Counted from the first letter of the whole stretch, positions 52,518-62,629 are shown. The stretch is DNA of 62,670 nt, filler included, from Thermodesulfobacteriota bacterium (GCA_036381125.1; 6 parts of 6 records of this genome joined end to end with filler, not necessarily neighbours in it), one strand, 5' to 3'. Made by a program: numbers and translations. The notes: generated by a model from the sequence alone, not told the origin.

Positions 52518-53996
52518 CTAGAAGAGGGCGGCGAGGCTCCGGCGCGCGAGGTCGAGGAACCAGCCGGGGAGGATGCCCATCCAGAGCGTGAGGACGGCGG
52601 AGACGCCGACGGCGACCTGCATGCCGGCCGGCGCGGGCTCGTCGAACGCCCGCTCCGGGTCCCGGAAGTACATGACCACGAGCACGTAGAGGTAGTAGTA
52701 GAGCGACAGGGCGCTGTTGAGGACGCCGATCACCGCGAGCGAGACCTGGCCCGCGTCGACGGCCGCCGCGAAGAGGGCGAACTTCCCGACGAATCCGGCC
52801 GTGGGCGGGATGCCCCCCAGGGCGAGCATGAAGATCGCCGTGGCGAGCGCGACGAGCGGCCGGCGGCTGCCGAGCCCGGCGTAGGACGCGATGGCGTCGC
52901 CGGCGCTCCCGGCGCGGGTGAGGAGCGCGACGATGCCGAAGGCGCCGACGTTCATGAACGCGTAGACGAGGAGGTAGAAGAGCGCGGCGCCGACGCCGCG
53001 CGGTCCCCCCGCCACGAAGCCGACCAGCACGTAGCCCGCGTGCGCGATGGACGAGTACGCGAGCATCCGCTTCATGTCGGTCTGGACGAGGGCGATGACG
53101 TTGCCCACCGTCATCGTGGCCACGGCGAGCCACCAGAGGATGGTCTGCCACGAGGGCTCGAGCGCCGGCAGCGCGTAGAAGAAGACCCGAAGGAAGGCCG
53201 CGAAGCCGGCCGCCTTGACGGCGGTGGCCATGTAGGCCGTCACCGAGGTCGGGGCCCCTTCGTAGACGTCCGGCGCCCACATGTGGAAGGGGACCGTCGC
53301 GACCTTGAAGCCGAAGCCGACCAGGAGCAGCGCCATGCCGGCCAAGAGGAGCACCGGCACGCCGGCGCCGCCCTGGATGCCGTTCGCGAGCGCCCTGAGG
53401 CCGGTCGTCCCGGTCTGGCCGTAGATCAGGGCGATGCCGTAGAGGAAGAACGCGCTCGAGAAGGAGCCGAGGAGGAAGTACTTGAGCGCCGACTCGTTCG
53501 ACTTGAGGTTCGCCCGGTTGAAGCCGGCCAGGACGTAGAGCGGGATGGAGAGCGTCTCGAGGCCGAGGAAGATCGTGATGAGGTCGGCCGACGCCGCCAT
53601 GATCATCCCGCCGACGGCGGAGAAGAGGAGCAGCGCGTAGTACTCGCCGTAGTGGATCCCCTCGACCTCGAGGTAGGAGAGCGAGAGGAGGATCGTGAGC
53701 GCGGTCGCCGCGAGGATGACGACGTGGAAGAAGAGCGCGAAGCCGTCCATGACGACCGCGTCGGCGAAGACGTACTGCTGGCTCTCCCCGACCGCGTCGT
53801 AGAAGACGAAGGCGAGGAGCATGGCGCAGAGCGTGCCGAAGAGCGACAGGTAGGCGACGTGCGCCTTCTTGCCGGCCGACGGGACGAGGTCGAGCCCGAG
53901 CGCGATGAGCGCCGTGAGCGTGACGATGAGCATCGGCCCGAGGATCGGGACGACGTCCCATCCGGCCGTCTGAATGCTCTGGAGGGTCGGGATCAC
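52518..53996 (-). CDS. nuoN: NADH-quinone oxidoreductase subunit N
   Basis: 'ESALKYF', 'FKVATVPFHMWAPDVYEGAP', 'KRMLAYSSIAH'. Confidence 0.96.
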   Translation of the reverse strand: MIPTLQSIQTAGWDVVPILGPMLIVTLTALIALGLDLVPSAGKKAHVAYLSLFGTLCAMLLAFVFYDAVGESQQYVFADAVVMDGFALFFHVVILAATALTILLSLSYLEVEGIHYGEYYALLLFSAVGGMIMAASADLITIFLGLETLSIPLYVLAGFNRANLKSNESALKYFLLGSFSSAFFLYGIALIYGQTGTTGLRALANGIQGGAGVPVLLLAGMALLLVGFGFKVATVPFHMWAPDVYEGAPTSVTAYMATAVKAAGFAAFLRVFFYALPALEPSWQTILWWLAVATMTVGNVIALVQTDMKRMLAYSSIAHAGYVLVGFVAGGPRGVGAALFYLLVYAFMNVGAFGIVALLTRAGSAGDAIASYAGLGSRRPLVALATAIFMLALGGIPPTAGFVGKFALFAAAVDAGQVSLAVIGVLNSALSLYYYLYVLVVMYFRDPERAFDEPAPAGMQVAVGVSAVLTLWMGILPGWFLDLARRSLAALF

Positions 53997-55528
53997 CTCG
54001 AGGCCTCCATGCCCGGCCCGGACGCGATCCGGCCCTGCTCGACCCGTGCGATGAAGGCGTCGACAGCCGGCGCCATCCGGCCGAGGAAGGTGTTCGGGTA
54101 GACGCCGATCCAGACGATGAAGAGCACGACCGGCACGAGGAGGGCCACCTCACGCCGGCCGAGGTCGGCGAGGCCCTTGTTCTCCGGCTTGTCGAGCGGC
54201 CCGAACATGACCCGCTGGAACAGCCACAGCATGTAGACCGCGCTCCAGATCATGCCGGTCGTCGCCACCGCCGCCACCCAGCGGCTCCCGGGCCAGTCGC
54301 TCGAGAAGGTGCCGACGAGCGTCAGGAACTCCCCCACGAAGCCGTTGAGCCCCGGAAGCCCGATGGACGACAGCGTCGCGATCATGAAGAAGACGGCGAA
54401 GACCGGCACGGCCTTCGTGAGGCCGCCGAAGGCGGCGATCTCGCGCGTGTGCCGCCGCTCGTAGATCATGCCGACCAGGAGGAAGAGCGCACCGGTCGAG
54501 AGGCCGTGGTTCACCATCTGGAGGATCGCGCCCTGCACCCCCATCGGCGTGAGCGAGAAGAGGCCCATCATGACGAACCCGAGGTGCGAGACGCTCGAGT
54601 AGGCGACGAGCTTCTTCCAGTCGGGCTGGACGGTGGCCACCCAGGCGCCGTAGACGATCCCGACGACCGACAGGACCATCACCGGCCACCAGAAGGCCTC
54701 CACCGCCTCGGGGAAGAGCGGCATCGCGAACCGGAGGAAGCCGTACGTCCCCATCTTGAGGAGCACGCCCGCCAGGATGACGCTCCCGGCCGTGGGCGCC
54801 TCGACGTGCGCGTCGGGCAGCCACGTGTGGAACGGGAACATCGGCACCTTGATGGCGAAGGCGAGGGCGAAGGCGGCGAAGAGCCAGAGCTGCGTCTCGC
54901 GCGGGATCTCGAGCCCGTAGATCGGCAGCAGGTCGAACGCGTACGCGCCGCCCGTGGCCTGCGCCTGGAGGTACACGAGCACCAGGATGGCGACCAGCAT
55001 GAGCAGGCTGCCGGTGATCGTGTAGAGGAAGAACTTGAGCGCGGCGTAGATCCGGCGCGCGCCGCCCCAGATCCCGATGAGGAAGTACATCGGGACCAGC
55101 ATCACCTCCCAGAAGACGTAGAAGAGGAACAGGTCGAGCGCGAGGAACGTGCCGACCATGCCCGTCTCGAGGAGGAGCATGCAGACGAAGAACTCCTTCA
55201 CGCGCGTCTCGATGGACGAGAAGGAGGCCGCGATGGCCACCGGCGTGATGAGCGTCGTCAGGAGCACGAGCCAGAGCGAGAGGCCGTCGACCCCGAGATG
55301 GTAGCGGATCTCCAGCACTCCCACGGTGATCCAGGAGACGTCCTCGACCAGCACGAAGCCGGCCCGGTCGGCCGGGACGGCCGGCACGATGGCGAGCGAC
55401 ACGAGGAACGTGGCGACGCTCGCGACGAGGGCGAACCACCGGATGGCGCTCTCCTGCCGCCGGGGGACGGCGAGCAGGACGAGGGCCGCGACGAGCGGCA
55501 GGAACGTGACGATCGAGAGGATCGGCAT
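53993..55528 (-). CDS. nuoM: NADH-quinone oxidoreductase subunit M
   Basis: 'FYVFWE', 'KVPMFPFHTWLPDAH', 'LLKMGTYG'. Confidence 0.96.
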   Translation of the reverse strand: MPILSIVTFLPLVAALVLLAVPRRQESAIRWFALVASVATFLVSLAIVPAVPADRAGFVLVEDVSWITVGVLEIRYHLGVDGLSLWLVLLTTLITPVAIAASFSSIETRVKEFFVCMLLLETGMVGTFLALDLFLFYVFWEVMLVPMYFLIGIWGGARRIYAALKFFLYTITGSLLMLVAILVLVYLQAQATGGAYAFDLLPIYGLEIPRETQLWLFAAFALAFAIKVPMFPFHTWLPDAHVEAPTAGSVILAGVLLKMGTYGFLRFAMPLFPEAVEAFWWPVMVLSVVGIVYGAWVATVQPDWKKLVAYSSVSHLGFVMMGLFSLTPMGVQGAILQMVNHGLSTGALFLLVGMIYERRHTREIAAFGGLTKAVPVFAVFFMIATLSSIGLPGLNGFVGEFLTLVGTFSSDWPGSRWVAAVATTGMIWSAVYMLWLFQRVMFGPLDKPENKGLADLGRREVALLVPVVLFIVWIGVYPNTFLGRMAPAVDAFIARVEQGRIASGPGMEASR

Positions 55529-55529
55529 C

Positions 55530-56608
55530 TTACGCCCGCCCCTGCGTGAGGACGTAGAGCAGCACGGCGACCGTCCCGAGGAGCACGTAGAACGCGTAGG
55601 ACTGCGCCTGACCCGACTGCGCGAGCCGGAGCACCGACGCCCCGCCGGTGAGGACGCGGCCGACGCCGTTCACGGCGCCGTCGATGATGCCCGCGTCCAC
55701 CGCCCGCCACAACCAGGTGCAGGTCGCCACGAAGGGCCTCACCACCACCCGGTCGTACAGCTCGTCGACCCAGTACTTGTTGAGGAGCGTCTCGTAGAGG
55801 CCCGGGAAGCGGGCGGCCAGGCGCCCGGCCGCGGTGGGGTCGAGGAGGTAGAGCCGGTAGGCGACGACCCAGCCGACGACCGCGACCGCCACCGAGAGCC
55901 CCATGAGCGCGAACTCGAGCGCGACGCTCGGCTCGCCGTGCTCCCCGGCGGCGGCGAGGACCGGCGACAGGAACGTCCCGAGGGCGGTGTGGCCGCCCAG
56001 CGCGTGCGGAACGTTGACGAAGCCGGCCACGACCGAGCCTGCGGCCAGGGCCATGAGCGGCACGGTCATCGGCGGCGGCGACTCGTGGAGGTGGTGCCGG
56101 ACGGCTTCGCTCATCCGCGGCTGTCCGTGGAACGTGAGGAAGACGAGCCGGAACATGTAGAAGCTCGTCATCGCGGCCGCCGCGATGCCGAGGGCCCAGA
56201 GCACCCGGCCGAGCCCGCCCCCGGTGAAGGCCGAGAAGAGGATCTCGTCCTTCGAGAAGAAGCCGGCGAGCGGCGGGATGCCGGCGATGGCGATCGTGCC
56301 GACGACGAAGGTCCAGTAGGTCGTCGGCAGCCAGGCCTTGAGGCCGCCCATCTTGCGCATGTCCTGCTCGCCGTCCATCGCGTGGATCACGCTGCCTGAG
56401 CCGAGGAACAAGCAGGCCTTGAAGAACGCGTGGGTGAAGACGTGAAAGATCGCCGCGCCGAAAGCGCCCAGGCCGACGGCCAGAAACATGTAGCCGAGCT
56501 GGCTCACCGTGGAATACGCGAGCACCTTCTTGATGTCGTTCTGGGCGAACGCGATGGTCGCCGCGACGAGCGCCGTGAGCGCGCCGACGAGCGCCATCGC
56601 GAACATCG
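55530..56608 (-). CDS. nuoL: NADH-quinone oxidoreductase subunit L, 3' part
   Basis: 'DIKKVLAYSTVSQLGYM', 'HAFFKA.LFL', 'GFFSKDEI'. Confidence 0.95.
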
Positions 56609-56708
56609 NNNNNNNNNNNNNNNNNNNNNNNNNNNNNNNNNNNNNNNNNNNNTTAATTAATTAANNNNNNNNNNNNNNNNNNNNNNNNNNNNNNNNNNNN
56701 NNNNNNNN
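56609..56708. other. Artificial contig spacer
   Basis: N-run with TTAATTAATTAA. Confidence 0.99.
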
Positions 56709-56830
56709 GCAGTGGGTGTTCCCGGCGTCCCGCGCGTCGTACGTCGACCCTCAGGATGATCTGGAGGGCATCAGCGCACATCGAGTACGCCTCGTCGATG
56801 GACGTAGGAGACGGGCTCGAACCGGCCGTC

Positions 56831-56883
56831 GCCTGACATCGCGTTGGAGCGGACGGGCCGGTCGCTCGACGTGGGTGTCAGGC
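56831..56883 (+). mobile_element. attC-like integron cassette recombination site (non-canonical GAC/GTC core)
   Basis: GCCTGACA...TGTCAGGC outer stem; inner GCGTT-G-GAGC-G-GAC / GTC-GCTC-GACGT with two unpaired G. Confidence 0.55.
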
Positions 56884-57041
56884 CGATGCAACTTTGCCAC
56901 ATACCTCGGCTCGGCCTCGCAGTCGCCGTGACGGGTCAGGCCGCCCTATGCGGACCGCCGGCGGGCACGGTGTCGTGGGATTGCTACGATCGCAACGTCG
57001 CCGTACCCGGGGAACGCCGTCCACCTCAGGAGGACCGTACG

Positions 57042-57398
57042 ATGGCGAGGCTGGCTGCACTGACGATCGACTGCGCGTCCTCCAGCACCCTCGCACCATT
57101 CTGGTGCGAGGCGCTCGGCTATAGAGTTCGCGGCGCGATCAACGAGTTCGTGGTACTCGGCCCCCAGGACGACGCGGACCAGCCTATCGTGTTCCTGCAA
57201 CGCGTGCCCGAGCCCAAGGTCGCAAAGAACCGCGTGCACGTCGACCTCCGCGCCAACGACCCCGTCGCGGAGGCCGAACGGCTGTGCGGGTTCGGTGCGA
57301 CCAGGCTGACCGACCTGCTGGAGCAGGACGGGTTCACGTGGCTCGTCATGGCGGATCCGGAGGGCAACGAGTTCTGCATCGGGAAGGAGCCGGCGTGA
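57042..57398 (+). CDS. VOC/glyoxalase-like protein
   Basis: 'TIDC....LA.FWCEALGY', 'KNRVHVDL', 'VMADPEGNEFCI'; AGGAGG RBS. Confidence 0.9.
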   Translation: MARLAALTIDCASSSTLAPFWCEALGYRVRGAINEFVVLGPQDDADQPIVFLQRVPEPKVAKNRVHVDLRANDPVAEAERLCGFGATRLTDLLEQDGFTWLVMADPEGNEFCIGKEPA

Positions 57399-57496
57399 GA
57401 GTCCCTCCCGAGGATCGACGGCGCGGGTGACCGGGCTGCGGCGCGTGGGGGCCCGCGCGTCGATGCAGAGGTCGGCGCGAGCCGAAGGCGCACCGG

Positions 57497-58341
57497 CGGC
57501 AGGTCATGAGAGACCCGACCGGTGCGCCCGACGAGGAGGTCGCGGCCGAGCGCGCGAACGTCGCGACGAAGGGGGGAGGCCCGGCGCGCGGTCGGCCGCG
57601 TCCGTGACAACGTGACGTGGTCCGTGACAACGTGACGTGGCAGGGCGTGCTGGCTCAGGACGCCGCCTGGCACGGCAAGCCCCTCTTTGCAGGCGAGGTC
57701 GAGCCGTGCATCAACGGAAGGGTCGTCGCCGTCGGCTCGTACTTCGGCGAGGACGTGCAGGGCGTCGTTGACCGACTCCTGGGCGAGCAGATGTCCGCCG
57801 GTCCTTCCACACCACGATCTGCGTTCTCGAGGGGCTCCTGGAGCACGAGCGGGCCACGGGCGGCTCGCCGGCCGTGACGGCCGCCCGCAAGCGGGGACAC
57901 GAATACCTCCTCGAGCGCCGCCTGCTCCGCCGCCGCTCCACCGGTGAAGTGATCGACCCGGCCTGGACCCGATTCTCGTTCCCGATCGGCTCTCACTACG
58001 ACGTTCTTCGCGCGCTCGAGTACCTGCGCTGCGCGGGAGTTGCGCCGGACGCGCGTATGGCCGAGGCGATCGACCTCGTCGCGTCGAAGCGCGACGCGAA
58101 TGGCCGATGGCCGCTCGAGTGCGTGCATCCCGACGAACTGGACGCCGAGCCGGGCGCGGCCTCGGGCCGTGCGAGCCGGTGGATCACGCTGCGCGCGTTA
58201 CGCGGGCTGGGCTGGTCTTCGGCACGAGACCGGGCTGTCGCTGCGAAGCCTTGGGGCGCGGCTCCGGCAGGTGCCTCCCGCCGCCCCACGGAGTCAGGTC
58301 GTTCGACCGCCCCGGTCGGCGGGCCGGTCCGACTCCGCTGA
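57497..58341 (+). pseudogene. Decayed gene of a prenyltransferase/squalene-cyclase-like hypothetical family
   Basis: Fragments in different frames: 'QVMRD..APDEEVAAERA.VAT', 'EVEPCINGR', 'SFHTTICVLEGLLEHE', 'EYLLERRL.RRRSTGEVIDP.W..FSFP...YDVLRALEY', 'SRWITLRALR'. Confidence 0.6.
57601..57640 (+). repeat. Perfect 20-bp tandem duplication
   Basis: TCCGTGACAACGTGACGTGG x2. Confidence 0.95.
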
Positions 58342-58354
58342 CATTCTTCCGCCT

Positions 58355-58484
58355 GGAAAATGGAAAGACCTGACCCCGTGGAAAACGAGCGGGGTCAGAC
58401 CCCCTGGAAAACGGAAAGACCTGACCCCGTGGAAAATGGAAAGACCTGACCCCGTGGAAAATGGAAAGACCTGACCCCATGGAA
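58355..58484 (+). repeat. Tandem array of 25-bp REP-like units (4 near-identical + 1 variant)
   Basis: GGAAAAYGGAAAGACCTGACCCCRT at 58355, 58406, 58431, 58456; variant GGAAAACGAGCGGGGTCAGACCCCCT at 58380. Confidence 0.92.
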
Positions 58485-58496
58485 GGAGGGGCGGCC

Positions 58497-59267
58497 TCAC
58501 GCGGGCAACAGCGGGAGGAGCACGCCGATCAGCGCGCTCGCGGCATCCATCAGGGCGTGCGCGATCGCGAACGGAACGAGCCGCCGAAGTCGAAGATACA
58601 GGAACGTTGCGAAGACCGAGAACGGCACCGGCGACAACAGCCGGAAGGCCACGAACTTCGCATCGAAGGTCAACGGCATGACGACGTGCTGCGACGACCA
58701 GGCGAACGCCACGACCGCGATCGCCAGGGTCGTGCTCCGGCAAAGGACCTGGAAGCGGGGCGCCAGGTAGCCGTTATAGGTCATCTGCTCGGTCAGCCCC
58801 CAGATGAACGGAAAGACCAGCACGCCGTAGAGAGCGGCCGGCAACGGCAGGCCCCCCAGGAGGTACGGCGGCGTGAGCGTCCCGTACACGATCCAGCCTG
58901 CCGCGGAGGTGCCGCCGAGGATGAACACGAGGCTCACGGGGATGAGCGCAAGGCCGAGCAGCGCATCGCGGGCGAGGCGTGCCCGCTCGACACCGACGAG
59001 GTCGACCAGCCGGATGCCCTCGCGGCGCGTGAGCCGCCACAGCAGCGCCAGGCATCCGGCGTCGATCAAGGTCCCGTACACCGGCAGCCATTGCCCGGCG
59101 GCGTGCCACGGGGCCGGCGACGATCGCAGGGCGAAGACGATCGCGACGAGCGCCTGCGCGCCAACGGCGCAAGCCGCGCGGGCAAACAGCATCAGCGCCG
59201 GGCCGCGCCACGTCAGCGTCGCCGCGCCGAGCCGCCGAAGGAGGGCCTCGTAGGAATTCGGGTCCAT
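58497..59267 (-). CDS. CPBP/Abi-like intramembrane metalloprotease-family protein
   Basis: Multi-TM; 'TEQMTYNGY' (EExxxR variant), 'SSQH', 'AHALMD'. Confidence 0.6.
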   Translation of the reverse strand: MDPNSYEALLRRLGAATLTWRGPALMLFARAACAVGAQALVAIVFALRSSPAPWHAAGQWLPVYGTLIDAGCLALLWRLTRREGIRLVDLVGVERARLARDALLGLALIPVSLVFILGGTSAAGWIVYGTLTPPYLLGGLPLPAALYGVLVFPFIWGLTEQMTYNGYLAPRFQVLCRSTTLAIAVVAFAWSSQHVVMPLTFDAKFVAFRLLSPVPFSVFATFLYLRLRRLVPFAIAHALMDAASALIGVLLPLLPA

Positions 59268-59508
59268 CTCACCACCGTGGCGATGGCGGCGGGCGTTGCC
59301 CACCGGCTCGAGCTGCCCCACGCGATGAGACCGTACCTCGTCACGCTCGTCACGCTCACGCTCTCGCCGCTCGCGGCAGCCGCGCACCGTCCTTGACTCC
59401 GTCGACCGCGCCGTGGTGATCATGGAGATGGGAAGAGAGCCGCACGGGCTCGCACGGCAAGCAACGAGTTGATCAGGCCGGCATCGAGCGCGGCTCGAGG
59501 GGGTCGAC

Positions 59509-60363
59509 ATGGAGCCGAAGCTCGACGAGGCCCGCGCGCGCAGCCGGCGCGTCTGGGACGACATGGCAGCCGGCTGGGAGACCGCGCGGCAGGACCTGTG
59601 GGAGGTCTCCCGCCCGGTGAGCGAGTGGCTGGTCGAACGGCTCGACCCGCGCGCGGGCGAGACGGTCCTCGACCTGGCCGCGGGGCTCGGGGACACCGGG
59701 TTCCTGGCGGCGCGCCGCGTGGGCGAGACGGGCCGGGTCCTGGTGACCGACTTCGCGCCGAGGATGCTGGCCGCGGCCAGGCGGCGCGCGGCCGAGCTTG
59801 GCATCGCCAACGTCGAGTTCCGCGAGCTCGATGCCGAGCGGATGGCGCTCGAGTCGGAATGCGTCGACGGCGTGGTCTGCCGGTGGGGCTACATGCTGAT
59901 GGCCGACCCGGCAGCGGCCTTCGGCGAGACCTACCGCATCCTCAGGCCGGGCGGCAGGCTCGCCTTCTCGGTCTTCGGTGCGCCCGAGCGCAACCCCTGG
60001 GCCTCGCTCGTCGGCGGGATCCTGGTCGCCGAGAAGCACGTCCCGCCTCCGGCGCCCGGGTCGCCGGGGATCTTCGCGCTGAGCGACCCGACGCGCATCC
60101 ATCGGCTGGTCACCGGCGCCGGCTTCGCCCCCCCGGAGGTGGCCGAGATCGGGATCGCGTGGCGGTTCCCGAGCCCCGACGCGTACTGGTGGTTCCTGAC
60201 GGAGATGGCGGGCGCGCTCTCGCCCGTCCTGCACCGTCTCGCGCCGGCGGACCAGGCGACGGTCCGCTCGCGCATCGACGAAGCGGCGCGGCCGTTCCGG
60301 GCCGGGGACGGCTACACGCTGCCGGCCGTCTGCGTGAACGTCGCCGCTCGCAAGCCGGCCTGA
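59509..60363 (+). CDS. Class I SAM-dependent methyltransferase
   Basis: 'VLDLAAGLGD', 'LDAE', 'RILRPGGRL'. Confidence 0.9.
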   Translation: MEPKLDEARARSRRVWDDMAAGWETARQDLWEVSRPVSEWLVERLDPRAGETVLDLAAGLGDTGFLAARRVGETGRVLVTDFAPRMLAAARRRAAELGIANVEFRELDAERMALESECVDGVVCRWGYMLMADPAAAFGETYRILRPGGRLAFSVFGAPERNPWASLVGGILVAEKHVPPPAPGSPGIFALSDPTRIHRLVTGAGFAPPEVAEIGIAWRFPSPDAYWWFLTEMAGALSPVLHRLAPADQATVRSRIDEAARPFRAGDGYTLPAVCVNVAARKPA

Positions 60364-62510
60364 CGGCCGGGCCCAACCAATCGCTCCACGACGTTCCGGA
60401 CGAGCCGCAGCCCCACCTCGTCCTCGAGCGTCATGATCGACTCCGGGTGGAACTGCACGGCCGCGAGCGGCAGGTCGTCGTGCTCGATCGCCATGACCGT
60501 CCCGTCCGCGGTCTCGGCCGTCACCCGAAGCTCCGGCGGCAGCGCGTCGCGCACCGCCACGATCGAGTGATAGCGGCCCGCCACGAACTCGCGCGGCAGG
60601 CCCTCGAAGAGCCGGCCGCCGAGCACGCGGACCCGCGACCCTCGCCCGTGAGCCGGCTCGGGAAGGAGCGCGAGCCGGTCGCCGAGCGCCTCCACCATCC
60701 CCTGCAGCCCGAGGCAGACCCCGAAGACCGGCAGGCCGCGCGCCATGGCGGCACGCACCGTGCCGGCCACGTCGAAGTCCGCCGGCCTCCCGGGGCCGGG
60801 CGAGAGGACGACCAGGTCGGGCGCGAACGTGTCGAGGTCGCCGTGCGGGAAGCCGGCCCTGAGGGTCACGACCTCGGCCCCCGTCTGCCGGAAGTAGTCG
60901 GCCAGCATGTGGACGAACGAGTCCTGGTGGTCCACGAGGAGCACGCGCCGGCCGAGACCGGGCCGCGGGTGCTCGCGCGCCGCCTCGCCCGGCGTGCCGC
61001 GCGGGCGCCGGATGGCGTCGAGCAGGGCCGACGCCTTGAGGCGCGTCTCGCGCTCCTCGGCGTCGGGATCGGAGTCGTGGAGCAGCGTGGCGCCGGCGCG
61101 CACGCGCGCGACGCCGTCGGCGATGTGGACGGTCCGCAGCGTGAGGCCGGTGTTGAGCCGGCCGTCGAAGCCGACGAAGCCGACCGCCCCGCCGTACCAG
61201 GCGCGGGCCGAGCGCTCGTGGTCCTCGATGAACTGCATGGCCCACGCCTTCGGCGCGCCGGTCACCGTGACGGCCCACGCGTGGGCCAGGAAGGCGTCGA
61301 GCGCGTCGTAGCCCTCGCGAAGCCGCCCTTCGACGTGGTCGACCGTGTGGATGAGGCGCGAGTACATCTCGATCTGCCGGCGGCCGATCACCCGCACGCT
61401 GCCCGGCTCGCAGATGCGCGCCTTGTCGTTGCGGTCGACGTCGGTGCACATCGTCAGCTCGGCCTCGTCCTTGGCCGAGTCGAGGAGGGCGCGGATCTGC
61501 GCCGCGTCGCCGATGGGGTCGCGCCCGCGGGCGATCGTGCCGGAGATGGGGCAGGTCTCGACGCGCCGGCCGTCCACCCGGACGTACATCTCGGGCGAGG
61601 CGCCGACGAGGTACTCGGCCTCGCCGAGGTTGATCAGGAAGCCGTACGGCGCCGGGTTTCGCTCCTTGAGCCGCCGGAAGACCTCCGAGGGGGGCGCGGG
61701 GCACGGCTCGAAGAAGGTCTGGCCGGGAACCACCTCGAAGAGGTCCCCCCGCCGGAAGGCCTCGCGCGCGACCCGTACCAGCGCGGCGTACTCGCCGGGG
61801 GCGTGGTCGCCCGGCGCGGGGACCGACGCGGCGCCGACGTAGGGTCGGGCGGCGCCCTCCCGCGGCAGCCCGGCCGTGGTTCGGCCGCCGGCCTCGATCT
61901 CGTAGCGCAGGCGGAAGGCCCGCTCCCGCCGGTGATCGACGACGACGATCTCGTCGGGGAGGTAGAGGACGAGGTCGCGCTGGCCGGCCGGTCGCGCCAG
62001 ACGCGTCCGGAGCGGCTCGAACTGGAGCGCCAGGTCGTACCCGAACGCGCCGTAGAGACCGAGGTGCGCGTCCTCCCGGCTCGCGAAGAGGTCGACCAGG
62101 GCGCGCAGCACCGAGAAGACCGACGGCTGGCGGCTTCGCTGCTCCTCCGGAAAGCGGCCGGCCGCCGCCTCGGCGTGCCCCTCGACGACCCCGTCGCCGG
62201 CGGCGGCGAGCCGGACGCTCGGCGTGGCGGCCACGCAGCGCACGATCGCCGGCAGGAGGACCTTCCCGCGGTCGTTCAGCGCCTCGACGCGGAAGTCGCG
62301 CCCTCGGGCGACGACCTGGACCATGGGGTCGACGAAGCCGATGTCCCAGCGCGTGTAGCGCCCGGGGACCTCGTAGCTCGAGGCGAGCAGGACCCCGCGG
62401 TGGCTGTCGAGCGCGTCGACGATGGGGTCGGTCGCCCCTTCGACGGGGAGCTTCTCCACGGAGCGGTGGACGAGGAGCCCGCCACGGGTATGGTAGGACG
62501 CTTCGGGCAT
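60312..62510 (-). CDS. trpE: Fused anthranilate synthase TrpE(G)
   Basis: 'NPAPY', 'ELTMCTDVDRNDK', 'TVTGAPK' + GATase 'DHQDSFVH', 'SPGPG', 'GVCLG', 'QFHPES'. Confidence 0.95.
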   Translation of the reverse strand: MPEASYHTRGGLLVHRSVEKLPVEGATDPIVDALDSHRGVLLASSYEVPGRYTRWDIGFVDPMVQVVARGRDFRVEALNDRGKVLLPAIVRCVAATPSVRLAAAGDGVVEGHAEAAAGRFPEEQRSRQPSVFSVLRALVDLFASREDAHLGLYGAFGYDLALQFEPLRTRLARPAGQRDLVLYLPDEIVVVDHRRERAFRLRYEIEAGGRTTAGLPREGAARPYVGAASVPAPGDHAPGEYAALVRVAREAFRRGDLFEVVPGQTFFEPCPAPPSEVFRRLKERNPAPYGFLINLGEAEYLVGASPEMYVRVDGRRVETCPISGTIARGRDPIGDAAQIRALLDSAKDEAELTMCTDVDRNDKARICEPGSVRVIGRRQIEMYSRLIHTVDHVEGRLREGYDALDAFLAHAWAVTVTGAPKAWAMQFIEDHERSARAWYGGAVGFVGFDGRLNTGLTLRTVHIADGVARVRAGATLLHDSDPDAEERETRLKASALLDAIRRPRGTPGEAAREHPRPGLGRRVLLVDHQDSFVHMLADYFRQTGAEVVTLRAGFPHGDLDTFAPDLVVLSPGPGRPADFDVAGTVRAAMARGLPVFGVCLGLQGMVEALGDRLALLPEPAHGRGSRVRVLGGRLFEGLPREFVAGRYHSIVAVRDALPPELRVTAETADGTVMAIEHDDLPLAAVQFHPESIMTLEDEVGLRLVRNVVERLVGPGRQAGLRAATFTQTAGSV

Positions 62511-62556
62511 CGGGGGCCTCCATCCGCCACGGCCGGCTCCGAGGCGGCGGTCCCCG

Positions 62557-62596
62557 AAAAACGGAGAAGCCGCCTCGTCGGGTCCGAGGCGGCTTC
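62557..62596 (-). terminator. trp attenuator terminator
   Basis: 12-bp stem GAAGCCGCCTCG/CGAGGCGGCTTC followed by TTTTT on the minus strand. Confidence 0.85.
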
Positions 62597-62629
62597 CGCA
62601 AGAGACGTGCGCGCGACGCGTGGAGCCGC

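Noticed and set aside
58355-58484. CRISPR array
   Set aside because: Units are head-to-tail with no unique spacers, there are no cas genes, and the same unit occurs singly elsewhere
59325-59396. Signal-peptide-like mini-ORF MRPYLVTLVTLTLSPLAAAAHRP
   Set aside because: No RBS; built on a low-complexity CTCGTCACG repeat; cannot be supported as a gene
60312-60363. 52-bp convergent overlap of trpE(G) and the methyltransferase as antisense regulation
   Set aside because: Short tail overlaps are common in GC-rich genomes
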